Shown here in pieces: positions 13,774-31,149 of a stretch of 64,000 bases of DNA. The notes below the pieces were generated by a model. That model did not search any database and was not told the DNA's origin. It saw only the letters and a program-made list of their open reading frames with translations. The translations under genes were made by a program, and so were the position numbers. The number at the start of each line of letters is the position of its first letter. Positions within the stretch are counted from its first letter, which is position 1. Origin of the DNA: the human T2T-CHM13v2.0 reference genome, Homo sapiens; assembly GCF_009914755.1 (NCBI RefSeq), contig NC_060935.1, one strand, 5' to 3'.

Positions 13774-16700
13774 TATTTCAGATATTTATCTATGTTCTTG
13801 CTTGTATTAATACATTCTTTTTCATTGCTGAACAATGTTCACTGTATGGATATATCACAATTTGTTTATCCATGCATTTTTTTTGCTGGACATTTAGGTT
13901 GTTTCAAGTATTTGGCTATTATTAGTAGAGCTCTGTGAACATTTTTGTACAAGTCTTTTGTTGAACATTAAAAAAAATTTACCTTGGGTGTAGAATTTAC
14001 CTAGGAGTAGAATCACTGGGTCATGTGTTATGTGTATACTTAACTTTATAAGAAACTGCCAAGGTGTTTTCTAGAGTAATTATAATACTTGACACTCACA
14101 CTAGCCATTTGTGACTTTCAGTAACTTTACGTCTTAGTCAACACTTAATATTATGTGTCTTATAACTTTTAGCCATTCTAGCTACCATATAGTAAATGTA
14201 TGGTTTTACTTTGTATTTTCCTGATGACTAAAAATAGTGAGACTTTTCCAGTACTTACTGTTTATTTGTATATCTTCATGTGTATAATGTTTATTCAAGT
14301 TTTTTACCATTATTTTTATTGCTTTTGTTTTTAACATTAAGTCTGAAAATTACTTTCCATGTTCTGAGAACAAGTCTTTTGCGATATATATGAAATGCAA
14401 ATATTCCCTCATAGTCTGCAGCTTGCCTTTTCATTTTCCCAACGTTGCATTTCAATGAATTGTAATTTTAACAGCTGCTGAAGTACATTTTACCAAAGTT
14501 TTCTTTTAAAGGTAGGGTTTTGTGTTTCCTGTCTAAGAAATCTTTGCATAGTTGAGAACTTTTCCTCTGTTTTCTTGGAAAAGAAGCTTAATAAGTTTAC
14601 CTTTGAAATTTAGGCCTATGACTGTGATACATTTTAAGTTAACTTGTATGCATTGTGTGAGGTAGGGTTCTAGATTTTTGTTTTTTTCCAAATGGATACT
14701 CAGATATTTCAGTGTAACTGAATGAAAAGACTATTCATTTACACCTAACTTCCACCCTTTAATTACTTTGACCCTAATGTTAAAAAGCCTTGAACCACAT
14801 ATGTGTGGTTGTATTTCTGAACTAGTTAAATTACACTGAAATGGAATATACTGACAGTGAGTCTTGATATCAGAAATGTCTTCGCCCCCACTTTTGTTTA
14901 CAGAATTATTTTGTCAATGATAAACATTTTGCACTACTGAGTAATTTTTAAATGTGTCAATCTCTAAAAAAATTTTCTTGGATTTTGACTGGACTAGTGC
15001 TACATCAATTGTCAGGTAATTTACATCCCAGTATTTTCTTCCAATCAGGGAACGTGCTGGCTCTCAGTTTATTTAGATATTCTGTTATTTCTCTAAGAAG
15101 AGTTTTATAGTTTTCAATAAGTCTAGTATATATATATATTACATTCCTTTTTGTATATCTTGTGTTTCCTGATACTATATAACTAGTTTTGTTTTTAAGT
15201 TACATTATCAAAAAATTTTTGGTATGCGTGTTTGTGTGGTGACCTTGTTTCCTGTAGCCCTACTAAATTCACATATACATTTTTGTAAGTTTATTATCTT
15301 ATCTGTATAAACTTTATAGTTAATATTTTCTTAAATAAAAACAATTGTACTTCTCCTAGATGCTTTTTTATAATAGGGGTTTGGATAGTGACACAGGAGG
15401 CCTTATTATATTACTTGAATCTCCACTTGTCAAATAGGAGTGGAAAGAGCCAACATCTTTGCTTTGCTTTATATTAGCAAGGGAAGTGTCCAATATTTCA
15501 AATCTAAATATAATGTTCTAAGTTTTTGTTTAAATGTACTCTTGATAGAACAAATTCCTTTGAAATCTTATAATTCTGATTTATTTTTTGTGAATGATGT
15601 TAGTTTTGATAAATATTTTTCTGGCTCTATTGAGAGCATTATGGGATTTTTTTATTCTGTTGTGATCAATTTCATTGATAAATTTTTGAATGTTAATAAA
15701 ACTTTGCAATGCTGGTATAAATCCAGTTGATTGTGATATATAACAATTACATGTTGTTATATTTAATTTGATATTATTTTGTTAAAGATTTTTTCAACTA
15801 CGTGTATAAGAGCTATTTCTCTGAAGTTTTATTTTTTAGTAAGTCCCTTCTCTGGATTTGGCCTCAGAGAGGCTGTCATTCTAAAATAAGTTAAGAAATG
15901 TTTGTTCTTTCCAAGAAAAGTTATAAGATTATATAATTGGTATTAAACAATTCTACCTAAATATTTGATAGAATCCAACAATAAAGCCATATCTTCAGAA
16001 TAAAAACTAGAGTTTTATTTAGTGAAGTTTTTTTAAATTCTAAATTTGATTGCTTTAATAGAGGGCTATTCATATTCTTGGAATATCCTTGTCATCATTT
16101 TGGTAATTTATTTCTTTCAAGGGATTTGAATGACATGGATTTGTTCATATTATTATATTTTTACTGCCTGGGGTTTATTTAGTGATGCCTATTCTATCAT
16201 TCCTTATATATGTTTGTGTTTGTTTTTTTTTCGATAGTATAAGTAGAGGCTAATTAATATTATTGATATTTTCCAGCAACCGATTTTTGTTTGTTTTTAT
16301 TTGTTCAATGTTTATTTTGAAGTGTACTCTTATCTATATTACTTTCTTCATTTTATTCATATTGGATTTAATTTGATCTTTTAAATTCATACCTTTTATA
16401 GTATAAGCTTAGTATTATAGTGGTTTTTATACTATCCTATGTATTTAAAGTTAAACATTTACTTCTAAAAATTACTGTAGCTACATTGTACATTTTTAAT
16501 ATGTAGTTTGTATTTTCTGTTATAATTCAGTTCAAGTTATTTTCTAATTTATCCTGCAATTTCTCACTGCCATTATATAGAAGTATGTATTTAATTTTAT
16601 TTGATTTTATCTTTCAAGTATCAAATTCTAATTTAACCTTAAAGAATTTCAACTTATGATTTTAATCATTTGAAATATATAAAGATATGTTTTAAGGATC

Positions 16701-16958
16701 CATTCTGTGGTTTGGTAAATGTTACATGACTTGTCCTGATTTCTACTTTGAATATCATTGGTATTAATATATCCACTCTAGCTTTCTTTTGAAGTGAGTG
16801 TATATGCATATATGTATGTACATTGTAAAGAATGTTTTTGAAGTATTTTCCCATCCCCTTATGGGAAATCTTAAATGTAATTAAATAACATGCTTTATAG
16901 GCAACAAGCAGATAAATCTTTGTCTTACAAAATTCTTTCCCCCCACCACCACCACCCC

Positions 16959-16961
<3 letters not shown>

Positions 16962-16995
<34 letters not shown>

Positions 16996-17270
16996 TAGAG
17001 CCTCACTCTGTTGCCCAGGCTGGAGTGTAGTGGCCAATCTTGGCTCACTGCATCTTCCACCTTCCGGGTTCAAGTCATTCTCATGCCTCAGCCTTCTAAG
17101 TAGCTGGAACTGCAGGTGTGTGCTACCATGCCAGGCTAATTTTTGTATTTTTAGTAGAATGGGGTTTTGCCATGTTTTCCAGGCTGTTTCAAACTCCTGG
17201 GCTCAAGCAATATGGCTGATTTGGCCTCCCTAAGTGCTGGGATTATAGGTGTCAGCCACCACACCTGGCC
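16962..17270 (-). mobile_element. Alu (AluS/J)
   Basis: Full antisense Alu with poly-T; TSD AAAATTCTTTC at 16929-16939 and 17272-17282. Confidence 0.97.
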
Positions 17271-17565
17271 AAAAATTCTTTCTCTTAGTCAGTTTAATTC
17301 ATTAATATCTGATAGAGTATTGACATGGTTGGGTTTAAGTCAGTAATTTTCTATTAATTTTCTGCTTTTTCCATCTATATTTTCTTTTTATCCTCTATTC
17401 TTGCCTTCTTTGGGCTTGAGGATTTTCGCTTTTCAGTATTCCATCTTAAGTTCTCTTGGGGTTACTAGTTATACCTCATTGATTTTATATTTTTAATAAT
17501 TTTTTTATGTAATACAATATGCAGTTATAACAGTGTAATTTTAAATGACATTTTATGTAACTTTA

Positions 17566-18716
17566 TGATAGTGGCAGGAGGCAGACAAATTCCTAGGCAG
17601 ATGGGGGGGGTCCCTGGTAAAACTCAACCTTCAAGCCAAAGGCAGCCTCAAGCCTGAGACCCAGGCTTCCAGTTCCAGGTGGAATTCATGACCCAGAGTG
17701 AGAACTTGCTTGATGCCTTTCAGCCAGTTAATAGGTGCTTTTTCCAGGGCTGCCAATGGACCAACCAGCACACACTTTGTGCATTCTGAGCTCATAAAAC
17801 CCTGGAATCAGCCACATGTCAGGACCACCCACCTGTGGGTAGAATATACCCACTTAACGTCTCCTCTCTGCTGAGAGCTGTTCTGTTCACTCAATACTCT
17901 TCTCTGCCTTTCTCACCCTCCAGGTGTCTGTGTAACCTTATTCTTCCTGAATGCAGGACAAGAACTCGGGACCCAGTACAAGGCAAGTGCAAAACAGGCT
18001 ATAACACGTTCCTGGCCAGCTCGCTGAGCTGTGGGTAATGACAAGCTCCCATTTGTCAGATTTTGGCAGGGAAGGGCAGTAACCCTTCTGGGGGCCCAGG
18101 TCTCAGGATTTCCTGAGCCAGAGCTGTAACACTATAGCCCTCCTGCCCTCTGCTGGCATCAGGTGTCCACCCCATGTGATGCAAAGTGGTGGCGGGGTCG
18201 GCTAGCCTGGGAGCCATGGGCCAGAGCAAGGGAGCAGGACTGATTGAATTGAAAACATGCCCCTCACCCCTACTTGCCAAGCTGCTGGCAGTGGGAAAGA
18301 TACAGCTTAGCATTCCCCCCAGTCCCTTGGGGATATGTGATTGCTGGCGTCTCCAAGTTTTTATGACCCACCATGTTCCCATCATCCAGACGCTGGCACC
18401 TGCAGCGGAAGCGACTTGCAATATGGCTGGTCCAGCTGCAGCTTTGCACAAATCCAGCACCTGGAGCAGCCTGTCCCACTGCAGCAGCTGGCTCACATGG
18501 CTGTGCACAGTGGCCAGACCCCATACTCACTTGCTCACATAACCCTCATTGCTCTGCGCCTGGCTCACCGTTGACAGGCATGAGATCTCGGCTGGCAGCG
18601 CGAGCTGAGCACAGCCTTCAGGGCTCAGTGGATGGAACAAGTCCAGTGGGCGTGAGTGAAACTCAAGCCGCAGAGGTTTTTGGCTGGTCAAGCAACACCC
18701 AAAGGATCATGGGACA
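17566..18716 (+). mobile_element. ERV1 solo LTR (LTR1/LTR28/MER52-like group)
   Basis: TGATAGTGGCAGGAGGCAGACAAATTCCTAGGCAG...GGATCATGGGACA with 4-bp TSD TTTA on both sides. Confidence 0.88.
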
Positions 18717-19079
18717 TTTACACAATAATGCAAGAACTACAAAACAGTATAATTTATTTTTACTTCACAAATAACTTGTGCTCACCTATATTACTCTTGC
18801 TTTAATTGTATAATTTATTGTTATTAGTTTTAAAGATTCAAGTGTGATTTACAGATAATACAAAGGAAAATACAAACCTTTGTATTTTCCACACATTTAC
18901 CATTTCTAGCATTCCTTAATCCTATGTGTTGATCTAACTTGTAATCTATTATCATTTTCCTACTATTTGCTGAATTCCTTATGAAATTTCTTTTATGCAT
19001 ATGATTTGCCAATAAATTATTTCACTAAATTATTTCAATAAATTATGCCAGTAAAAGTTGTGCTTATAAGGAAATTTAT

Positions 19080-19553
19080 TAAGTTCAAAAATTAGAAAAA
19101 CAAAAAGACCTAAATACAGCCAAATGTTCTACCCTGAAACATGAGAAAAAGAGAAATTTAAGCTGAAAATCAGGAGGACAAAAATATAAAAACTAGAGCA
19201 CAAACCAATGATTCAAAAACAGAAAATCAACAACAAACCACCACCACCAAGAAAACCAAAAACTGGATCTTCATAAAGATCAATAAAATTAATAAACTAT
19301 AGCCAACTAAACAAGAAAGGGGAAACACCATTTACAAGGTTCAGAAATGAAAGAGGAGTTATCCCTATTCTCATAGATATTAAAATTATAATAAAAGAAT
19401 ACTGTGAGCAACTTCATTCCTACCAATTTGAAAACTTAAATTAAATGGACATTTTCCTTGAAAGACTTTACAATAAAAACCCCATACAGAAGTAGATAAT
19501 CATAATAGGCCTTTATTTATTAAAGTAATAGCATCAAAAACTAATCATTTTGC

Positions 19554-19584
<31 letters not shown>

Positions 19585-19729
19585 AACCAGAGGGATTCAC
19601 TGCTAATTTCCACCAATTTTTTAAGCAATAAACTATGCCAGTACAGCAATGTCTCTTTCAGAAAATAGAAGCATGAGTAAAGCTTCTTGACTCATCCTGT
19701 GAGGTCTACATTACCTCAATACTAAAAAC
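19080..19729 (+). mobile_element. Old LINE-1 (L1MC-like) ORF2 fragment, left part
   Basis: A-rich decayed ORF2 motifs; continues colinearly at 23821. Confidence 0.75.
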
Positions 19730-22700
19730 AAATAACCAGTTAGCATCATGATGACAGGATCAATTTCACACATAACAATATTAACCTTAAATGTAAATGG
19801 GCTAAATTCCCCAACTAAAAGACACAGACTGGCGAAGTGGATAAAGACTCAAGACCCATCATTGTGCTGTAGTCAGGAGACCCATCTCATGTGCAAAGAC
19901 ACACATAGGATCAAAATAAAAAGATGGAGAAATAGTTACCAAAGAAATGGAAAGCAAAAAAAAATTAAAAAGAAAAAAAAGAAAAGCAGGGGTTGCAATC
20001 CTAGTCTCTAATAAAGCAAACTTTAAACCAAAAAAAAAAAAAAAGATCAAAAAAGACAAAGAAGAGCATTACATAATGGTAAAAGGATCCATGCAACAAG
20101 AAGAGCTAACTGTCCTAAATATATATACACTCAATACAGGAGCAGCCAGATTCATAAAACAAGTTATTAGAGACCTATAAAGAGACTTAGACTCCCACAC
20201 AATAATAGTGGGAAACTTCAACACCACACTGTCAATATTAGACAGATTGATGAGACAGAAAATTAACAAGGATATTCAGGACTTAAACTCAGCTCTGGAC
20301 CAAGCAGACCTAATAGACATCTACAGAACCCTCCACCCCAAATCAACAGAATATACATTCTTGTCAGTGCCACATAGCACGTATTGTAAAATTGACCACA
20401 TAATTGGAAGTAAAACACTCCTTAGCAAATGCAAAATAACAGAAATCACATCAGTCTCTCAGACCACAGTACAATCAAATTAGAACTCAGGATTAAGAAA
20501 CTCACTCAAAACACCACAAAGACATGGAAATTGAACAACCTGCTCCTGAATGACTACAGAGTAAATAGCAAAATTAAGGTAGAAATAAAGAAGTTCTTTG
20601 AAACCAATGAGAACAAAGAAACAATATAACAGAATCTCTGGGACACAGCTAAAGCACCGTTAAGAGGGAAATTTACAGCGCTAAATGTCTACGTTGGAAG
20701 CTAAAAAGATCTGAAATCGACCCCTTAACATCACAATTTTAAAAACTAGAGAAGCAAGAGCAAATGAATTCAAAAGCTAGAAAACAAGAAATAATTAAGA
20801 TCAGAGCAGAACTGAAGGAGAAAGAGACACAAAAACCCTTCAAAAATTCAAAGATTCCAGGAGCTAGTGTTTTGAAAAGATTAACAAAATAGACCACTAG
20901 CTAGACTAATAAAGAAGAAAAGAGAGAATAAACAAATACACAATAAAAAATGATAAAGGGGTTATCACCACTGATCCCACAGAAATACAAACTAACATGA
21001 GAGAATACTATAAACAACACCTCTATGCAAATAAACTAGACAATCTAGAAGAAATGGATAAAATCCTGGACACATACACCCTCCCAAGATGAAACCAGGA
21101 GGAAGTTGAATCCCTGAATAGACCAATAACAAGTTCTAAAATTAAGGCAGTAATAGCCTACCAACCAAAAAAATAAAGCCCAGGACCAGACGGATTCACA
21201 GCCAGATTCTACAAGAGGTACAAAGAGGAGCTGGTGCCATTCCTTCTGAAACAATTCCAAACAACAGAAAAAGAGGGACTCCTCCCTAACTCATATGAGG
21301 CCAGCAACATCCTGATACCAAAACCTAGCAGAGACACAACAAAAAAATAAAATTTCAGGCCAATATCCCTGATGAACATCAAAGCAAAAATCCTCAATAA
21401 CATACTGGCGAACCAAATCCAGTAGCACATTAAAAAGCTTATCCACCAAAATCAAGCTGGCTTCATCCCTGGGATGAAAGTCTGCTTCAACATAAGTAAA
21501 CCAATAAATGTAATCCATCACATAAACAGAACCAATGACAAAACCACATGATTATCTCAATAGATGCAGAAAAGGTCTTCAATAAAATTCACCCCTTCAT
21601 GCTAAAAACTGTCCAAAAAAACTAGATATCAATGGAACATCTCAAAATAATAGGAGCTATTTATGACAAACCCATAGCCAATATCATACTGAATGGTCAA
21701 AAACTGGAAGCATTCCCTTTGAAAACTGGCACAAGACAAGGGTGACCTCTCTCACCACTCCTATTCAACATAGTATTAGACATTTTGGCCAGGGCAACCA
21801 GGCAAGAGAAAGAAATAAAGGGTATTCAAATGGGAAGAGAGGAATTCAAGTTGTTTCTCTTTCCAGATGACATGATCCTATATCTAGAAAACCCCATCAT
21901 CTCACCCCAAAAACTACTTAAGCTGATGAGCAACTTCAGCAAAGTCTCAGGATACAAAATCAATGTGCAAAAATCACAAGCATTCCTATAGACCAACAAC
22001 TGACAAGCAGAGAGCCAAATCATGAGTGAACTCACATTCACAATTGCTACAAAGAGCATAAAATACCTAGGATTACAACTTACAAGGGAAGTGAAGGATC
22101 TGTTCCAGGAGAACTACAAACCACTGCTCAAGGAAATAAAAGAGGACACAAACAAATGGAAAAAAATTCCACGCTCATGGAAGGGAAGAATCAGTATGGT
22201 GAAAATGGCCATACGGCCCAAAGTAATTTATAGATTCAATGCTATTCCCATCAAGCTACCACTGGCTTTTTTTGCAGAATTAGAAAAAACTAATTTAAAT
22301 TTCACATGGATCCAAAAAAGAGCTCGTATAGCCAAGACAATCCTAAGTAAAAAGAACAAAGCCAGAGGCATCACACTACCTGTCTTCAAACTATACTACA
22401 AGGCCACAGTAACCAAAGCAGCATGGTACTGGTACCAAAACAGATATATAGACCAATGGAACAGAACAGACGCCTCAGTAATAACACCACACATCTACAA
22501 CCATCTAACCTTTGATAAACCTGACAGAAACAAGCAATGAGGGAAGGACTCCCTATTAATAAATGGTGCTGGGAAAACTGGTTAGGTACATGCAGAAAAC
22601 AGAAACTAGATGCCTTCCCTAACCTTATACAAAAGATAAACTTAAGATGGATTGAAGACTTAAATGTAAAACCCCAAACCATAAAATCCCTAGAAGAAAA

Positions 22701-23820
22701 CCCAGGTAATACCATTCAGGACATATGCATTAGCAAAGATTTCATGACTAAAACACCAAAAGCAGTTGCAACAAAAGCAAACATTGACGAATGGGATCTA
22801 ATCCAACTAAAGAGCTTCTGCACAGCAAAAGAAACTTTCATCAGAGTGAACAGGCAACCTACAGAATGGGAGAACATGTTTGCAATCTGCTCATCTGACA
22901 AAGGTCTGATACCCAGAATCTACAAGGAACTTAAATTTACAAGAAAAAAACAACATCAATAAGTGGGCAAAGGATATGAACAGACACTTCTCAAAAGAAG
23001 ACATTTATGCAGCCAACAAACATACAAAAAAAAGCTCATCATCACTGGTCATTAGAGAAATGCAAATCAAAAACACAATGAGATACTATCTCACACCAGT
23101 TAGAATGGCGATCTTTAAAAAGTCAGGAAACAACAGATGCTGGTGAGGCTACTGAGAAATAGGAATGCTTCTACACTCTTAGTGGGACTGTAAATTAGTT
23201 AAACCATTGTGGAAGACAGTGTGGTGATTCCTCAAGGGTCTAGAACCAGAAATACCACTTGACCCAGCAATCCCATCACTGGGTATGTACCCAAAAGATT
23301 ATAAATCATTCTACTATAAACACACATGTACACATATGTTTACTGCAGCACTATTTACAATAGCAAGTACTTGGAACCAACCCAAATGCCCATCAGTGAT
23401 AGACTGGATAAAGCAAATGTGGCACATATACACCATGGAATACTATGCAGCCATAAAAAAGGATGATTTCATATCCTCTTCAGGACATGGATGAAGCTGG
23501 AAACCATCATTCTCAGCAAACTAACACAGGATCAGAAAACCAAACACCACATGTTCTCACTCATAAGTGGGAGTTGAACAATGGGGGCACATGAACACAG
23601 GGAGGGGAACAGCACACACCAGGGCCTGTTGGGGGATGGAGGCCAAAGGGACAGACAGCATTAGGACAAATACCTAATGCATGTGGGGCTTAAAACTTAG
23701 ATGATGGGTTGATAGATGAAGCAAAGCACCATGGCACATGTATGTATACCTATGTAACAAACATGTACGTTCTACACATGTACCCCAGAACTTAAAGTAA
23801 AATTTAAAAAATAAAAATAA
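19730..23820 (+). mobile_element. 5'-truncated L1PA7/8-like LINE-1 with full-length but disrupted ORF2
   Basis: ORF 19748 MTGSISHITILTLNVNGLNSP (endonuclease start); RT motif [13 protein letters not shown] at 21785-21991; 3' UTR GGGGCTTAAAACTTAGATGATGGGTTG; many stops and frameshifts. Confidence 0.95.
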
Positions 23821-27890
<4,070 letters not shown>

Positions 27891-28825
27891 GAAATGTTAT
27901 AACTTGTTAAATGTTATAAATGCATTAAAATAATGTAAATGCATGTAACATTTCTTATCTCCAGGTGGTGAGATTATAAACTTTTTGCAATTTTTGTTCA
28001 TGTCCATTTTTGGCATTGAAGGTACTTTTTTTAAATTTAAAAAAGTTACTTTACACACTGAAAAGTGTTACTATACACACTGAAAGGTAGATATTCGAGC
28101 AAAGAGAAAAGAGCTAAATATATGTATATGTATATGTGTGTAGACTAGTAAAATATACATATTAGCCTTAATTTAGTAAAGACAAGGACATATTAACAAC
28201 ATTTTATTCATAATCTTCAGTCTGGAGATAATTACTTAAGTCTTAATACAGCAGAGGAAAAGTTAAAAAGCATTCCTTAATATATTATATTAACATTAAA
28301 TAAATTAAATACGAATTTGAATATTTAAATATATTAATTACATTAATATATTTAAATGTAAATCAATACATACATTTATTAATAAACTAGTATTTGAAAC
28401 AATAAGAATATTCAAACAAATACACTTTTTATGCAATTCAATTTATTACAATTTTCCTGAGAACAATGAAAAAGTTTGATCATGTATTTTATAATTATTA
28501 GAAATACTATTTTTATTATAGTTACCTTCACATTTTAGCTGATTAAACCAAGAATTTTATTAACAATGAGGAACTGGAAACAATTGGTGATATTTTAATC
28601 TTCTCAGAGTATTTGTTTTTATAATTTTATCACTATAATTAAAATGACTAAAAATAAAAACAAATATTACTCATTTGGCGTCATATGTTGCTACAATAGT
28701 AACCCAGTGCTTCATAGAAAATTAAGTATTTCTAGGATACTCTATCTCTAGGAGGTTTAATGATAATTTAATCAGAATACGTAATTTTTCAAAAGCAATT
28801 TCTACTGTAAATTAACAATATTAGA

Positions 28826-30590
28826 AGCAGAGAAAAAAAGTGAAATAGAAGCCTCCACCAATTGCCCCCCAGCAAGGACACCAATTTAACAACTATCTAC
28901 ATAAAACAAGCACCTTCATAAAAACCAAAAAACAGGTGAGCACTCTCAGTACCTAGTTTTAACTTCATATTTCTGTAAGAGGCACACAAGAGGTTCTAAA
29001 AATATAACCAGTCATTAATTGCTAAAATGTCCCCTCTCCCATCCCCCAGCAGCAGCAGCAGCAGCCTGGTGTGGAAAGTGTTTCCGCACCCTAGGGAGAG
29101 GGAGAGCCAGCAATTGTGAGGCATTGAACTTAGTGCTGTGGGCTTCAATACAACAGTAGCTGGAGACTTCAACACTCCACTTTCAGCATTGGACAGATCT
29201 CCCAGATAGAAAATCAATAAACATCGGACTTAACCTGCACTGCAGATCAAATGGATCTAATAGATATTTAAAGAATTTTCACCCAACGGCTGCAGAATAC
29301 ACATTATTTTCCTTAGCATCTGGATCATTCTCTAGGATTGAACATACATTAAGTCACAAAACAAGTCTTAAAACATTAAAAAACTGAGATAATATCAAGC
29401 ATCTTCTCTGACCACAATGGAATGAAACTAGAAATCAATAGTGAGAGATTTTGGAAACTACACAAATACATGGAAGTTAAAGCATATGCTCTTGTATGAC
29501 CAGTTAATGAAAAAAAATTAAGGAGATTGAAAAATTTTTTCATAGCAAATGAGAATGGAAACACAACATATCAAACCTATGGGATACAGCAGAAGCAGTA
29601 CTAAGAAGGAAGTTTATAGCTGTAAGTGCCTACATCAAAAAGGAGAAAAAATTTCAAATAAACAAGTTAACAGTACATCTTAAAGAACTAGAAAAGCAAG
29701 AGCAAACAAAACCCAAAATTAATAGAGGAAAAGATGTAATAAAGATCAGAGCAGAAATAAATGAAATTGAAATGAAGAAAATACAAAAGGTCAATAAAAC
29801 AAAAAGCTGTTTTTTAAAAAAAAAGGTAAACAAAATTGACAAATCTTTGGCCAGACTATGAAAAAAATAGAGAAGATCCAAATAAAATCAGAGATGAAAA
29901 AGAAGACATAACAACTCATTCTGCAAAATTTAAAGGATCATTAGTGGCTATTATGAGCAACTATAGGCCAAGAAACTGAAAAACCTAGAAGAAATGGACA
30001 AATTCCTAGACACATACAACCTACAAATATTTGAACCAGGAAGAAATCCAAAACCTGAACAGACCAATAACAACGAAGTACTATTCAGCCATTAAAAAAA
30101 AAATGATATCCTGTAACTTGCAACAACATGGATGGAATTGGAGGTCCTTATGTAAAGTGAAATAAGCCAGGCACAGAAAGACAAACTTCACATTTTTTTA
30201 CTTATTTGTGGGATCTAAAAATCAAAACAATTGAACTCATGGACATAGAGACTGTTACCAGATGCTGAGAAGGTAGTAAAGTAGTGAGGGGGTGAAGTAA
30301 GTATGGTTAATAGGTACCAAAAAAAAAACAAAAAAACAAAAAGAACAGTAGAAAGAATAAGACCTACTATTTCATAACACAACAGGGAGGCTACAATTCA
30401 TAACTTAATTGAACATTTTACAATAACTAAAAGAGTATAATTGCATTTGAATACAGAATAAATGCTTGAGGGGATGGCTACCCCATTTTCCATGTGGTAT
30501 TATACACTGCATGCCTGTATCAAAACATCCCATGTATTCCATATATACACCTACTGTACCCACAAAAATTTAAAATAAAAAAATATATTA
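28826..30590 (+). mobile_element. Internally deleted L1MA/L1M1-like element (5' UTR + ORF2 segment + 3' UTR)
   Basis: 5' UTR-like 28826-29140, ORF2 endonuclease/Z region 29143-30075, abrupt jump to the 3' end at 30076, A-rich tail near 30580. Confidence 0.8.
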
Positions 30591-31149
30591 AAGGCTGTCT
30601 AAGCCTCAAGAGATATTCATCATATAGCTAAATTACTGAAATTTAAATTATTACTGCATTAGAAATCATTATCCATTTTTCTCAACATCGGTTCCATGTT
30701 TCTATTTACATAGCGAGCATGTGCCTCATTTTATTAAATAATTTCTAAATAAAAAAAAACCCTATACTGTTCTAAATAGTCAGGATAAGAGATCACATTA
30801 AAATAATTTCTCAGTACATGAAACATTTACAGTGCTAATGCTCACAGTTAATCTGAATTTTTTTTTTTTTTTACCAGCGTGTAGTGTTCTAATAATTTGG
30901 TGAGAAACACATGAATAGTGAGGACACTTACTCCAAAATTTCTTAGAATCTTCATTTTGCTATAAAGCTAACTTCTGTGTTGATTTATTTTCCCTATTGG
31001 GATGGATAAACCAGCTCCATAATACTATAATTATCTTGAATCATTACCACAATACATATTTAAGTACTGCTAAAAAATTAAAAAAAAAACCTGATTAAAT
31101 GTCTTCTCTAAACTCTACTGTTTAGCAGATATGTTTTTGCCCTATCAAA

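Larger units (their letters stand above)
13150..19010 (-). mobile_element. Long, highly decayed old LINE-1 (L1M), interrupted by Tigger, Alu and LTR
   Basis: T-rich antisense L1 motifs throughout (e.g. AGAAACTGCCAA, CATTTAGGTTGTTTC, GGTATAAATCCAGTTGATTGTGATA). Confidence 0.7.

Noticed and set aside
17835-18774. Overlapping 67-150 aa ORFs on both strands
   Set aside because: Lie almost entirely within a GC-rich solo LTR; low stop density explains them
19748-23494. Run of ORFs with endonuclease and reverse transcriptase motifs
   Set aside because: Fragments of a dead L1 ORF2 with many stops and frameshifts and no ORF1 or promoter; not an active or novel RT system
28045-28087. 22-bp tandem duplication (also an 11-bp duplication near 61443)
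   Set aside because: Ordinary slippage micro-duplications
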